From positions 288,001 through 352,000 of the forward strand of contig CAVTUQ010000007.1 of the NCBI GenBank assembly GCA_963737905.1: a stretch of 64,000 nucleotides of DNA, read 5' to 3'. Below are positions 53,444 through 63,776 of the stretch, piece after piece. This DNA comes from an uncultured delta proteobacterium (lineage in GTDB: Bacteria; Desulfobacterota; Binatia; UBA9968). Both the position numbers and the translations under genes were made by a program. The notes beneath the pieces were generated by a model. It ran no database searches, had not been told where the DNA came from, and saw only the letters and a list, made by a program, of their open reading frames with translations. The stretch's first letter is position 1. The number at the start of each line of letters is the position of its first letter.

Positions 53444-54886
53444 ATGATCATGGCCCAACCAAAAACAAGGCAGAAAGCGGATCGTCACGGTTGGATCGGC
53501 ACCGAGAAGGTGAAGACCCGGTTCGGCACCTTCGAATTTAAAAACGGTTACCCCACGCTGGCAGCGGCGAACGCGCTGCTTGACCAGTTAAAATTCAACC
53601 GCGCAATCGAGGTCTATCTCACCCAAATCCCGGCTGTGGGCCTCTTCGAGTCGCGGCGTGGCGCTCGGGAGTTCGGGGCGACACGCTCCAACCAGGTCAT
53701 CATCTGGGAAACGCTCATGGACGCGAAAACACTCGTGCTCACAGCGAACACCGAGACGGTGTACGGGATGGGCTTCCTCGATGTGAAGAGCGATGGCCCA
53801 ACTGTCTTCGAAGCCCCGCCAAAAATGCTCGGGGCGGCAATGGACATTCTACAACGCTTCCTGGTAGACATCGGCCCGCTCGGACCAGACAAAGGCCAGG
53901 GCGGGAAATATCTTTTTCTGCCGCCGGACTATAAGGGCGATGCGCCGGGGGGCTATTTCGTCGTAAAGTCATCGACCTACTGTGTCAACTATTTCATCCG
54001 TGGTTTCAAAGTGGACGGGAAGACGGATCAGGCCGTGGCGCTCATGAAACAGACAAAAATCTACCCCCTGACCAAAGCAGGAGAGCCGCCGAAGATGGAG
54101 TTCCTGAACGGCTCGGGCCAGGCCATCGACACGATCCACTCAGATACCATTTCGTTCTTCGAGCAGCTTTCCGCGCTTGTGAACGAGGAACCTGCGGAAG
54201 TCTTCACGCCGCTTGAGCGGTTTTACATGCAGTCCATCGGCATCGAGAAGGGAAAGAAGTTCAACCCGGATGCGAAAACGAAGGCATTGCTCTCGGCCGC
54301 GGCGAAGGTAGCGGCTGCGATGGCGCGTGCCAACAGCTTCGCCTCTCAGGATTCGGACACGTTCTACTATAAGGATCGCCAGTGGCAGGGCGTCGGCGAT
54401 GTTCCCTATACCTTCATGAAGGACGGTGTGCTAGCGGTGGACCGCCGGGCATTCGTTTATTACATGGCACTCGGCAACTCGCCAGCTATGATGGCCAAGA
54501 ACGTCGGCGTCGGCTCGCAGTACCTCTGAACCTACAAGGATGCCAAAGGCAATTTCCTCGACGGTACGAAGAACTACAAACTGCACGTCCCACCCAAGAT
54601 TCCGATCAACAATTTCTGGTCGGTGCTGGTGTACGATTCGCTCAGCCGATCAGAGCTACAGAACGGCCAACCATTCCCCTCGGTCAGTCAGTACACCGAT
54701 CCGAAGATCAACGCCGACGGCTCGGTGGACATATATTTCGGCCCCCAGATGCCAAAAGGTCAGGAGAAGAACTGGATCAGGACCGTTCCCAAGAAAGGAT
54801 GGTTCCCGATCTTTCGCTTCTACGGCCCACTGGAACCCTTCTTCGACAAGAGCTGGAAGCTGAACGATGTCGAGCAGGTGAAATGA
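53444..54886 (+). CDS. DUF1254/DUF1214 domain protein interrupted by an in-frame TGA at 54527
   Basis: TANTETVY, GPLGPDKGQGGKYL, then GSQYL*TYKD..G.FLDG, FWSV.VYD, R.YGP in the same frame. Confidence 0.85.
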
Positions 54887-55005
54887 ACTCCTCCGGCTAT
54901 CGTCGGTTGGAGTCACTAGCCACAGTCCATGTCGTGGAGTAGGTCTATAAGTTTTGACGGGACATTTTGCACCTTGAATCATGATTCTTAATCATTTACT
55001 TAACA

Positions 55006-55248
55006 ATGAAAATGAAGGCGGAAGAGCTTTACGAATTGCGCATCGCTGGGAGCGTTCCGCAAGAGGAGCTTGCAGCTCATCTCGGCGTGGATCGTCGCAC
55101 CGTGGGAAGATGGGAGAATGGTCAAATCAAAATCCCTTGCGCTTCGGTTATCGCGATTCGAGCGCTCCTACTCCCCTGCCCTACTGATGAAGCGTGGCGC
55201 TGCTGGCTCTCCGCTGAACCAGCAAAGAAAATCAGAGCTAGGCCGTGA
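55006..55248 (+). CDS. Xre/Cro-family helix-turn-helix protein (ORF1 of repeat unit B)
   Basis: QEELAAHLGVDRRTVGRWENG. Confidence 0.8.
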   Translation: MKMKAEELYELRIAGSVPQEELAAHLGVDRRTVGRWENGQIKIPCASVIAIRALLLPCPTDEAWRCWLSAEPAKKIRARP

Positions 55249-55487
55249 GCCACAAGCAAGTCAAGGTAACGCGAACAATTTCAGACGACATCGTTCTTCA
55301 GATTGTGGAGAATGGAGAAGTCAAAGAACAGACGATACTCTCCGGGTCGGAAGTCATCTATTTGATTGCGGATATGCTTGCGCTGTGGCGAGCGTTGCCT
55401 CTGCTGGTGCCCGTGGGTGACTACCTGGAGGAGATTTGCGATGTTTGGGAAGGGATCTGCGAACCGGTCATCCATTACCTGATTTAA
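55245..55487 (+). CDS. Hypothetical protein (ORF2 of repeat unit B)
   Basis: GTGA overlap with the HTH gene. Confidence 0.6.
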   Translation: MSHKQVKVTRTISDDIVLQIVENGEVKEQTILSGSEVIYLIADMLALWRALPLLVPVGDYLEEICDVWEGICEPVIHYLI

Positions 55488-55511
55488 AAAAAAGGGAAAA
55501 TCCAACGAAGC

Positions 55512-55553
55512 CAAGCCCCAAGCACTGTCGTGATTAGCAGTTCTTGGGGCTTG
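55512..55553. terminator. Hairpin between convergent genes
   Basis: CAAGCCCCAAG...CTTGGGGCTTG inverted repeat. Confidence 0.4.
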
Positions 55554-55636
55554 TTGCTTCACGTACGCGGACAAAAGACAGAGACGGCCAGCCGCTACGT
55601 GGATCGTTTGACGATACGAGCCTCTAGCCAGACTCG

Positions 55637-57202
55637 CTAGTTCCCCGTGGGCAGCCCGATGTTGAACCCGTCCTTCGCAAGTTGTTCTCTCAGATACTGG
55701 AGTCTCTGGTACTGCGTGACCGTGATTGGGCCCGAATAGCCTTCGCTCTGCAGTTTCCGCGGAGGGTGCTTCAGATAAGTTTGCATCAGCTCCTTGATCG
55801 CCGCGTTAATCGTCACGAGTGTCCAAGTGTGTTCCGTGTAATTGTTCATGAAGATGTCGTAGCGTTCCTGCGGATCCTGCCAGAGGTCGAAAATCTGGGG
55901 AACGGTCGCGACGTACGACTGCGCACCTTTCCAGCCAAGGTTGGAGTCGACTGCGAGGCCTCCCGTGTTCGCGCCGTCGTCACCACGCAGGTTGAAAACG
56001 GCCTTATAGTGGCCCACCCGCGCTGCGCCCGGCGTCAGCTCGTTCTCGGTAAAGTAGAACCAGGCCTTGCGCTCGGACTTGCCAGTGCCAAACAGCACCG
56101 GCGACATGTCGTAGCTATCGAAGATGATGGGCTTGCCGTCGCGATCGTTCTCCGGCAACTTCACGCCGGCGAGCGCGGCAAAGGTCGCCATGTAGTCGAG
56201 GCCGCCGACGAGATCAGCGGTCCGTGATAGAGCCCTGATGCCCGGGCCCCAAGCGATCGAAGGAACGCGGTTCCCGCCCTCGCGCACGGTGCCCTTGGTG
56301 CCTCGGAACGGCGTGTAGCCGGCGTCAGGGTAGACGTCCTGCCAGGCGCCATTGTCCGTCGTCCAGAATACGTAGGTATCCTTGTCGAGGCCGAGCGAAC
56401 GGATCTTGTCCATGATACGGCCGATCCGCGTGTCGTTCTCTACGATCGAATCCGCGTACTTCGATTTCGAGAGCGACTTGTGCTTGAAATCCGGGTGCGG
56501 CATGTTCGGCTGATGCACCTTCATGAAGTTGACGTGCATGAAAAATGGCGCCTCCGACTTCGCGTTGCTATCGAGGAACTCGAGTGCATCTTTCTCGACG
56601 TATTCATCGTAAAAGGGAATGCCCACCAGCCCCTTCTCAGGCGTGTTGACGTACTGGCCGTTGACCTTGAAGTCCTCTTTCGCCTTCTCGCCCGCCTTGC
56701 CCGACAGCGCGCCCTGAGTCACGCGCTCGAACATCGCGCGCAGTTCCGGATCCATATCTGGGAACCATTCCGGGTCGGCATAAGTGTACGCATTGAGGTG
56801 ATACAGGCCGCAGTGCCGCATTTCATCAAAGCCGTGCGCATTGGGAAGCGCATAGTCGGACTCGCCGAGGTGCCACTTGCCGGTGAAGAATGTCTTGTAA
56901 TCGGCGGTCTTGAGGACGGAGGCGAGGGTCCATTCGGCCGCCGGCAGCCCGCCGCCCTGACCCTGGAAGGCCACGGTCGTCATGCCGCTGCGATTCGGGA
57001 TGCGTCCGGTGATCATCGCCGCGCGGCCAGCCGTGCAACTCGGTTGCGCGTAGAAGGACATGAACTGCATGCCCTCGGCCGCCATCCGGTCGAGATTTGG
57101 AGTCGGCATTCCGCGATTCTCGCCGCCTCCATACACGCCCGCATCCCCATAACCGAAGTCGTCCGAGACGATGAGAACGATGTTTGACTTCTTTGGCGGC
57201 AT
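55637..57202 (-). CDS. Arylsulfatase
   Basis: SDDFGYGD, TPNLD, formylglycine motif SCTAGRAAMITGR, GKWHLG, TDNG, KG...EGG.RVP. Confidence 0.93.
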   Translation of the reverse strand: MPPKKSNIVLIVSDDFGYGDAGVYGGGENRGMPTPNLDRMAAEGMQFMSFYAQPSCTAGRAAMITGRIPNRSGMTTVAFQGQGGGLPAAEWTLASVLKTADYKTFFTGKWHLGESDYALPNAHGFDEMRHCGLYHLNAYTYADPEWFPDMDPELRAMFERVTQGALSGKAGEKAKEDFKVNGQYVNTPEKGLVGIPFYDEYVEKDALEFLDSNAKSEAPFFMHVNFMKVHQPNMPHPDFKHKSLSKSKYADSIVENDTRIGRIMDKIRSLGLDKDTYVFWTTDNGAWQDVYPDAGYTPFRGTKGTVREGGNRVPSIAWGPGIRALSRTADLVGGLDYMATFAALAGVKLPENDRDGKPIIFDSYDMSPVLFGTGKSERKAWFYFTENELTPGAARVGHYKAVFNLRGDDGANTGGLAVDSNLGWKGAQSYVATVPQIFDLWQDPQERYDIFMNNYTEHTWTLVTINAAIKELMQTYLKHPPRKLQSEGYSGPITVTQYQRLQYLREQLAKDGFNIGLPTGN

Positions 57203-57417
57203 TTTTGATTCCCCTTCTTAGAATGATAGATTTGCTTTTTGGATCTCGACGCGAATAAACTGAAACCCGGCTCCGTCAGCCGTTTGCGAGCCAACTATCA
57301 ACAGCTCGATAGCGAGTGCGACAAAGAAACACAGCCTGCATTCGCCAGTTTGGTTCGAAGATTTATTCGATAGAGAATCTTATACCAAGTCTACCGCCTT
57401 TAGTCAGCCGGTCAAGC

Positions 57418-57674
57418 CATTCGAATTTTTTAATTCAGACTGGATCATTATCCACACTCCCCCTTGTGGACCACTCAATATCAGGGCAGTAAGTCTGCAA
57501 GTTTTAATGGGACATTTTGCGCCTTGAATTGTGATCAACTTATTAGGTACTTGATAGTGAAAATGAAGGCGCAGGAGCTTTACGAATTGTGCATCGGTGC
57601 GAGGGTAACTACCTGGAGAAGATCTGCGGTTTTGGGAAGGGATCTGCGAACCGGTCATCCACTACCTGATTTAA
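57418..57674 (+). repeat. Internally deleted HTH+ORF2 repeat unit, copy C
   Basis: Leader and ORF1 start joined near 57603 directly to the ORF2 tail ...CACTACCTGATTTAA. Confidence 0.85.
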
Positions 57675-58997
57675 GTTTTAGTAGCAGAGCAGTCACAAGG
57701 TCTTCACTGACTTCCTTCCACAGTACTGAGACACCCCTAATGTTGCGAGACTTATGACGAAGTTCCCGCGACTGCTTTCTAAGCCTTTGAGCGTCATCAA
57801 TGATCATCCTACTCGTGAGTTGTTGTCGTGGCATCAGCATAACCACTTCTGTAGTCTGCCCGTTGCAGTTGATCGCAGTTGCTAGATACTTTCCTCCCGG
57901 TATTTTCCTTAGTAGTCGGTCACCTACCATACACCACTCTGTCAAACTCAATCTGTTCAGCGGATGAGACTGTCACCCAAAACAGCGTCACTACCTGAGT
58001 CACGCGGCTTCACACACGATAATTGGCCCAAATTGGCATGAAGCAGCAAGGGTTATGACAGAGACAGAGATGGAGCAGGCATGGATTGATCAAAATCTCT
58101 AACTTTCTTGTCCGTGCACTTGCTCAGGTGCCACCCGATAGCGCCAGTCGGTTCTGTGCAGCTGGAGCAATATCGTTTCCAGTAAAAGGGGCTCGGAATT
58201 CGAGATTTTTCCGTGGGTGGTGACCAACCCGGAGTTTTGGTTGCGAACACCTGAGAGCAGTGAGATCAATACGAAAACGACAAAAAGACTTTCCACAAGA
58301 AGGCCCATAATACCCTTCATAAAAACTCCTTATGTCCCTGTTGCGGAGAACCCTAGAATTCGTCGGACGATAAACTGACCGGGGACGGATTGCTGTCTAA
58401 TATTGGACAAAGTTGAAAAAAATTATGGTCCCTGAAAACGAGTTACTGCAGAACACGAGATAGGTCCCGCTTTCTTCACCAGTCGGCTTGTCTTTTTCGA
58501 CCTGTCCCTTTCCATCTAAGAGCATGAAAAGTTGGGGCTTTTGTACGTGGAGAAAGGAAGAAAGTAGGACAGCGCCGATGGGGTATGCTCGGCCCCTCGG
58601 CCAAACCGTTTCAGTCCATCATAAGACCTTGCCGACACGCACGGTGTTTGCGGTTCTCTAGCGCTCATACAAATCGGGATCCTCGGCGAAGGCTTTTTGC
58701 TGTGCCACCAACCGATTCGGCTGGCTTAGTGAGATCCAATTTCTCGCGGTAGGCGACCATCTCGATAAGAAGCGGTTTCTTGATTGCCATTTATTTTTTG
58801 AAAGTTGTCTAATATTAGACGGAAATTCCTAGCGGTCAGCATAAAGGTAAATTCACGGGCTAGCACACCATTCGTTCCAACACCGGCATGGCCGAATGAT
58901 TCAGACGGTAGCCGCGCCGTTTACCGCGGTTGGGGAGGTATCCGCCAATGTTGCAGAACAAAATGTCCCTTAGTGCTGGGCCTCTCCTGGTCTTGCC

Positions 58998-59351
58998 AAA
59001 GCCATCGGTCTCGCCGTTGATGCGGGCACAGGTTTTGTACCAGTGGGCGGAGTGGTACGACAGTTTGCAAAAGGTGTTCAACACGGAGCAGCAGCCGGCG
59101 AAGCCATGGCAGCAGCGACGGCGGTCAAAGAAGCGACAGAGAAGAATGCTGACACGTTGATTCAAGATGCCATTGCGAAGGGGATGAAGACTGAAGGCGT
59201 TGAGTTCCCGATGCGGTGGAAAGATATTCCTGTAGATGTAGCTGAAGAGTTTGCGAAAACGGCCATCTATCCTGCTGGGTTGTCAGCAAGCGGATAAAGC
59301 AAAAATCCTTGCGACCCGTAGTAAAGCAGGTCCAGTAGAAAGCATTATTCA
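58998..59351 (+). repeat. Direct repeat copy 2 of 50512-50877
   Basis: Near-identical, with a 12-nt in-frame deletion. Confidence 0.9.
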
Positions 59352-59424
59352 GGGTGACTACCTGGAGGAGATCTGCGATTTTTGGGAAGGGATCTGCGAG
59401 CCGGTCATCCACTACCTCATTTAG
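59352..59424 (+). repeat. 3' tail of the HTH+ORF2 unit, copy D
   Basis: gggtgactacctggaggagatctgcgat...ccactacctcatttag. Confidence 0.85.
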
Positions 59425-59630
59425 GGTTATGGTACAAATCGTAGGAGAATTCAGTTCAATTAGAGCTTAACGGACCGACTTCAGCGGCCGGTTATCCCGC
59501 CTCTCGTGAGGCCGAGAATATATGTTCTCCCCTCGGTTGAAAGCCGCAGGCTCCGGATTAAGCGGGTTCGGGTCCGCCCGTCATGTTCCCCTTGCCCTTC
59601 CGCGGGACGCACCCTTCGAAGATTGCAGCC

Positions 59631-60116
59631 TCAACCGCGGCGCGCCGCCTCGATTGCAGCGATGTCGATCTTTTTCATCTGCATCATCGCATCGAACGCG
59701 CGCTTGGCGGCAGCGGGATCGGGATCGGTGATCGCTTTCGTCAGGGCGATCGGCGTAATCTGCCAGGACAATCCCCATTTGTCCTTGCACCAGCCGCACG
59801 CGCTCTCCTGGCCGCCGTTGCCGACGATCGCGTTCCAGTAGCGATCCGTTTCGGCCTGGTCAGCGGTTGCGACCTGAAACGAGAACGCTTCGTTGTGCTT
59901 GAACGCAGGTCCGCCATTGAGCCCGAGGCAGGGAATGCCCATCACGGTAAACTCGACCGTCAACACATCCCCTTTCTTCCCGGACGGAAAGTCTCCCGGT
60001 GCGCGGTGCACCGCGCCGACGGACGAATCGGGAAAGGTCTTGGCGTAAAACCGCGCCGCGTCCTCGGCGTCGCCATCGTACCAAAGGCAAATCGTGTTCT
60101 TTGCTGGCTTCACCAT
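59631..60116 (-). CDS. VOC family protein (PhnB / 3-demethylubiquinone-9 3-methyltransferase-like)
   Basis: CLWYDGDAEDAARFY, LNGGPAF, CGWCKDKWGLSWQI. Confidence 0.92.
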   Translation of the reverse strand: MVKPAKNTICLWYDGDAEDAARFYAKTFPDSSVGAVHRAPGDFPSGKKGDVLTVEFTVMGIPCLGLNGGPAFKHNEAFSFQVATADQAETDRYWNAIVGNGGQESACGWCKDKWGLSWQITPIALTKAITDPDPAAAKRAFDAMMQMKKIDIAAIEAARRG

Positions 60117-60266
60117 GTCACTTCTCCATCGTAATGAGCCGCCCGACGCCGCGAGTAAACGATGCGCTCGCAGTCGAAGGGCATTGGCTCGGCCGACTTT
60201 CAACGGTCAATCTGCGGAAAATTCCGTACCATTCCGGCCCTGCTTCACTGTGCTTCGCATAGGCGG

Positions 60267-60358
60267 GATAAAGACCCAAGCTCAGCGACCCGGCCCACGG
60301 GACGCACCGATTGCAACCGCGACACTCACGCCGGCTTCGCTGCAGCGCATTGATAGGC
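60267..60358 (-). other. Degenerate integron attC-like site
   Basis: Arms GCTCAGCGACCCGGC / GCCGGCTTCGCTGCAGC with extrahelical bases; core ends mutated (GCCTATC). Confidence 0.5.
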
Positions 60359-60445
60359 TTCATTTGCGGTATCCAATCACTCTGAAATAATGCTCCGACT
60401 CCTCGTAAGGAACACCGACAGGCAAATGTATTTCATGGCCGCCTC

Positions 60446-60823
60446 CTATTGCTTGATCGCGAAATCGGCCGCGTCGAAAATCTGGCGGATTTCAATCACG
60501 TCGCCCGGGTCCGCGGGGCAGCGTTGCGCCCATTTCACGAGCTCTTCTTTCGAATTGGCCTCGACCATCCAATAGCCGCCGAGCACTTCCTTGGCTTCAA
60601 TGAAGGGGCCGTCGGTCACGGTCGGTTTGCCTTTGCCGAACGCGACGCGCGCGCCGGTGGCCAACGGATGCAGGCCGTTCAGTGAAATGATTTTAACGGC
60701 CTTTCCCAATTCCTCATTGAACTTGGTCATTTCTTCCATTTTTTTCGGATCGGGTACAAACCCCGGGTCCACTTTTTTACCACCCTGATAAACGGCGGGG
60801 ATCATCAGCATCATGAATTGCAT
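60446..60823 (-). CDS. YciI (DGPF) family protein
   Basis: TDGPFIEAKEVLGGYW...WA.RCP..IEIR. Confidence 0.9.
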   Translation of the reverse strand: MQFMMLMIPAVYQGGKKVDPGFVPDPKKMEEMTKFNEELGKAVKIISLNGLHPLATGARVAFGKGKPTVTDGPFIEAKEVLGGYWMVEANSKEELVKWAQRCPADPGDVIEIRQIFDAADFAIKQ

Positions 60824-61026
60824 GGTATTTCTCCGTTGGTTTTATTTGTCCTGCACCCTTAGTCGTTTGGCATCCCCTAAATTCGACAGCTCGGCCAATC
60901 TTTTTTTAAAAATCTTTTTCCGGCTCTTGTTGGCTCATACTTAGTTCTCGCTGAAAAAGTACGGTTAAAAGATTTGGATATTAGCCGTGTTTACGAGTCT
61001 CGAAAGTTGTCATCGGCATTGAGTTG

Positions 61027-62223
61027 GGTTTTCATCACATGTTAGGTTTGTTGCCACAGATTGAAAGCAAAGATCGCAAAGCCGGTCCATACGGCGGTAG
61101 CCGGCGAGCCCTTGGCCAGCACTCGGCCCAGAGAGAACCGGCGCTTGAGCAGACTAATGCCCGCTTCGATGCCGCAGCGAAACCGTTGCAGCTTTTTGAA
61201 CCATTTGGCGTGTTGATGTCTTTTCTCAGCTCTACTCAACCGACCAATCTTCGGAATGCCAACCCTACGGACTCCCAGCCGACTAAGCTTTTTCACATTG
61301 TCGGCGCTGTAATAACCGCGGTCGGTGGCCAATTCTCGGGGCGCTTGTTTGAGAATTTTTTTGGCCTGGCGGACCAAAGAAATAAGCTTGGTCTTGTCGC
61401 TAGGATTGCCCCTCTCAATCTCGTAGTGAACGATCACTCCCGAGTCGTCCTGGAGCAACTGCAGGGTGCGACCAAACTCCACCGGCTTGTCGAGTTTGCC
61501 CTTGACGATGGCCCGGGCCTCAGGATCAAAGAACGAAACGATGCGCTCGGGGATCGTACGCTTTCCCGCCAGTTTGTCCTGGGTTTGCCCAACCAGGCTT
61601 TCTTGGTGGCTCTCACATGACTGACAATCTTCTGACCCAACGAACTCGCCGTGCGGGTAAGGGTGCGCACTGCTTGATGGAGGATGCTGATGTCGGTGGG
61701 GTAAGCGATATGGGCTTCCAGAGTCGTCGAGTCGATGCGAATCCGGCGCGGTTTGATCGCTCGGTGCTTGACCAAATGGCCGACCAACTGCTTGTTCAGA
61801 TTGACAATCCGCTCCTCGCCAAATCTCTGGTTGAGCTTGATCAACGTGGTGGCGTCGGGAACCGTATCCATCAAAGACAGATGGCAGAAATAGCGCCAAG
61901 GCAATCTCTCTTTAACCTCCGTCTCCACTTCTTCGTAGCTCAGTCCCCAGCGAAACTTGAGATACATCATCCGCAGGTAAATCCCCGCTGGGGTGCCGGG
62001 CCGGCCCAGGCTATCATCGAAGAGTGCTTCGAAGGGCTTGAGCACCTCGCCCTGGCTCAGAAGCTCATCCACTTTCTTGAGCTCCTCATCCAACCGGTAC
62101 AAACTGGGATCGATGAAGCCATCGCCAAAACTCATCTGCTCAGATATTGCTTTGCGCATGACTTCTTTTACATCAATCCAATATTTACACCAACAACTTT
62201 CTGATTTTTCAGTGAAAACTAGT
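61027..62223 (-). mobile_element. IS5/ISNCY-like element with disrupted DDE transposase (CDS 62159 to 61042)
   Basis: GRPGTP..YLRMMYLK, PDATTLIKL, RIDST, KGK..KPVEFG, DRGY, R.GIEAGIS.LKR; frame break near 61600; element ends tentative. Confidence 0.8.
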
Positions 62224-62290
62224 AATGCTTTTTGATTAGGCTGCCCGCGCCTCCGGCATCTCGCTCTAAACCTTCGCTGCTGGGATCTCT

Positions 62291-62348
62291 CGCCAACGGT
62301 GGAGTTCAGCCCCCGCCGAAGGCGGTCGGCTGGAGCGATTGGTTCGGC
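62291..62348 (-). other. Integron attC-like site (58 bp)
   Basis: Minus strand GCCGAAC-CAATCGCTCCAGCCGACCGCC-TTC-GGCGGGGGCTGAACTCCACC-GTTGGCG. Confidence 0.7.
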
Positions 62349-62455
62349 GCTTTCACAGCTCGGCAACGACTCCCGGCTCCTTCGATTTTCCTCCGATTTC
62401 TATAACCGCTTTCTGTCGCCGGCGGGGCGCCGTCGGCTCGCGTGGCGTTCCTTCC

Positions 62456-62806
62456 TCACCCCTTCAGCGGGACTTCCTCGGTCACCATAAAGACACAGTT
62501 GGGCAGGTCGAGAAACTTCTCCTCGTCGGGCCGGATCACCTCCAGGTAGCGCGGTTCGGCGAGGGCGCGTCTCACGTCATCGAGGCTCTCGCCCCATATC
62601 TCCGCTATTCCGTCGAACTGGGAGGCCGCGCCGGGCGTGCCCGAAAACGCCTCCGCGACCGCATGACACTGGACGTACCTGCGGACGTAGCGCATGACCT
62701 CCGGCACTCCCAGTATCAGGGGCCCATGCACGTCCTTCCAGTAGCGATGAAACTCCGCGGGACTCATCCCCGGCTTGCGCTTAAGCAACACTGAGACCTT
62801 GATCAT
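62456..62806 (-). CDS. EthD domain protein
   Basis: LKRKPGMSPAEFHRYW..VHGPL, FDGIAEIW, PDEEKFLD; GGAGG RBS. Confidence 0.9.
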   Translation of the reverse strand: MIKVSVLLKRKPGMSPAEFHRYWKDVHGPLILGVPEVMRYVRRYVQCHAVAEAFSGTPGAASQFDGIAEIWGESLDDVRRALAEPRYLEVIRPDEEKFLDLPNCVFMVTEEVPLKG

Positions 62807-63206
62807 TGCACTACCTCCGTTGATCGCTCTTCGTACCCGGCACCAGCCTGTCGCCCCACTCTCGCCCCAGGCGTCGAACCAGTGAGTATACTGACCTTCT
62901 CGTATGTGTCCTTTCCATCTCTCACGTCCGTTTCTGCAATATAAGTCGAAGTTAATTCTGTAAGTGCAACCACTTAATACAGAAACCTTTGTCCGAGGAG
63001 GTATACGTCTCGGGCACGTCGAAATCGAGAGATCCGCAATTTTGGTCATTGCCGATCACTTCGCATTGAAAAGCTGCCCGGTTGCTACGCTGGCTTCGTA
63101 CCGAAGGCGAATAAAGCGCGATTCAGTTTGTGAAATCCATCGGGCTTCTTGAACGTTTGAAATTTTTGAAACAGTTCGCTCTTGGCTTGTTCGAGCAAAT
63201 CCGGAG

Positions 63207-63776
63207 TCATCTTTTCGAGTTGGCGCCGGGCGGGATCGGGAACGGCGCCTGATTTTTGACCGGCGGAATACTTCGCAGGTACGCCCACATTGCCTTCAAG
63301 TCGGCCTCACTCAAGTCCTTCATGTTAAACCACGGCATCGGCGGCAAAACATCGCGACCGTCGGGTTGACCTTGGTGTTTGCCGGTTCTTGCCATCTGGA
63401 TAAACGTTGCTTCGCTCCACTCTCCGATGCCAGTTTCCTTGTCAGGCGTTAAGTTAATGCCAAAGCTTACGCCCCAGGGACCCGCCCAGGCGGTCAACAT
63501 ATCGTTCGTTGTGGCGAGCACGTTCCGTTTGGCGTCTTCCGGGGTCCACACGGGAGGCGGCGCATTCTCCGGATGGCCGGAAAGCAAACGTTTTGCGTCA
63601 GGCTCTGGCGCGCCGCCGGGTCTCGGCACCTTCGGTGTGTGACAATCGTTGCATCCACCAAGGGTTACCAAGTATTTGCCGCGCTCGACGGAAGCCTCGT
63701 TTAGTGGCGCTTCTCGTCCGCACCCAAATACCGCTACCAATAGCATCGCTGAGACGATGATCACCAATAGATTCAT
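63207..63776 (-). CDS. c-type cytochrome lipoprotein
   Basis: Lipobox-like VFGC, RGKYLV..GGCNDCHTP, NLTPD.ETG.G.W, PPMPW. Confidence 0.88.
   Translation of the reverse strand: MNLLVIIVSAMLLVAVFGCGREAPLNEASVERGKYLVTLGGCNDCHTPKVPRPGGAPEPDAKRLLSGHPENAPPPVWTPEDAKRNVLATTNDMLTAWAGPWGVSFGINLTPDKETGIGEWSEATFIQMARTGKHQGQPDGRDVLPPMPWFNMKDLSEADLKAMWAYLRSIPPVKNQAPFPIPPGANSKR

Noticed and set aside
49961-54529. Alternative genetic code (TGA = Trp/Gly) explaining both in-frame TGAs
   Set aside because: TGA terminates well-defined genes (e.g. korA at 4765, XdhA at 10689) and TGG is used throughout
57655-58320. Small ORFs 57655-57951 and 58099-58320
   Set aside because: No recognisable motifs; coding status unsupported
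50266-59424. Intact prophage or inovirus at dif
   Set aside because: No Zot/pI ATPase, Rep, integrase or structural genes recognised; only fragments
63085-63200. Coding-like C-terminal fragment (possibly a methyltransferase tail)
   Set aside because: Too short to assign
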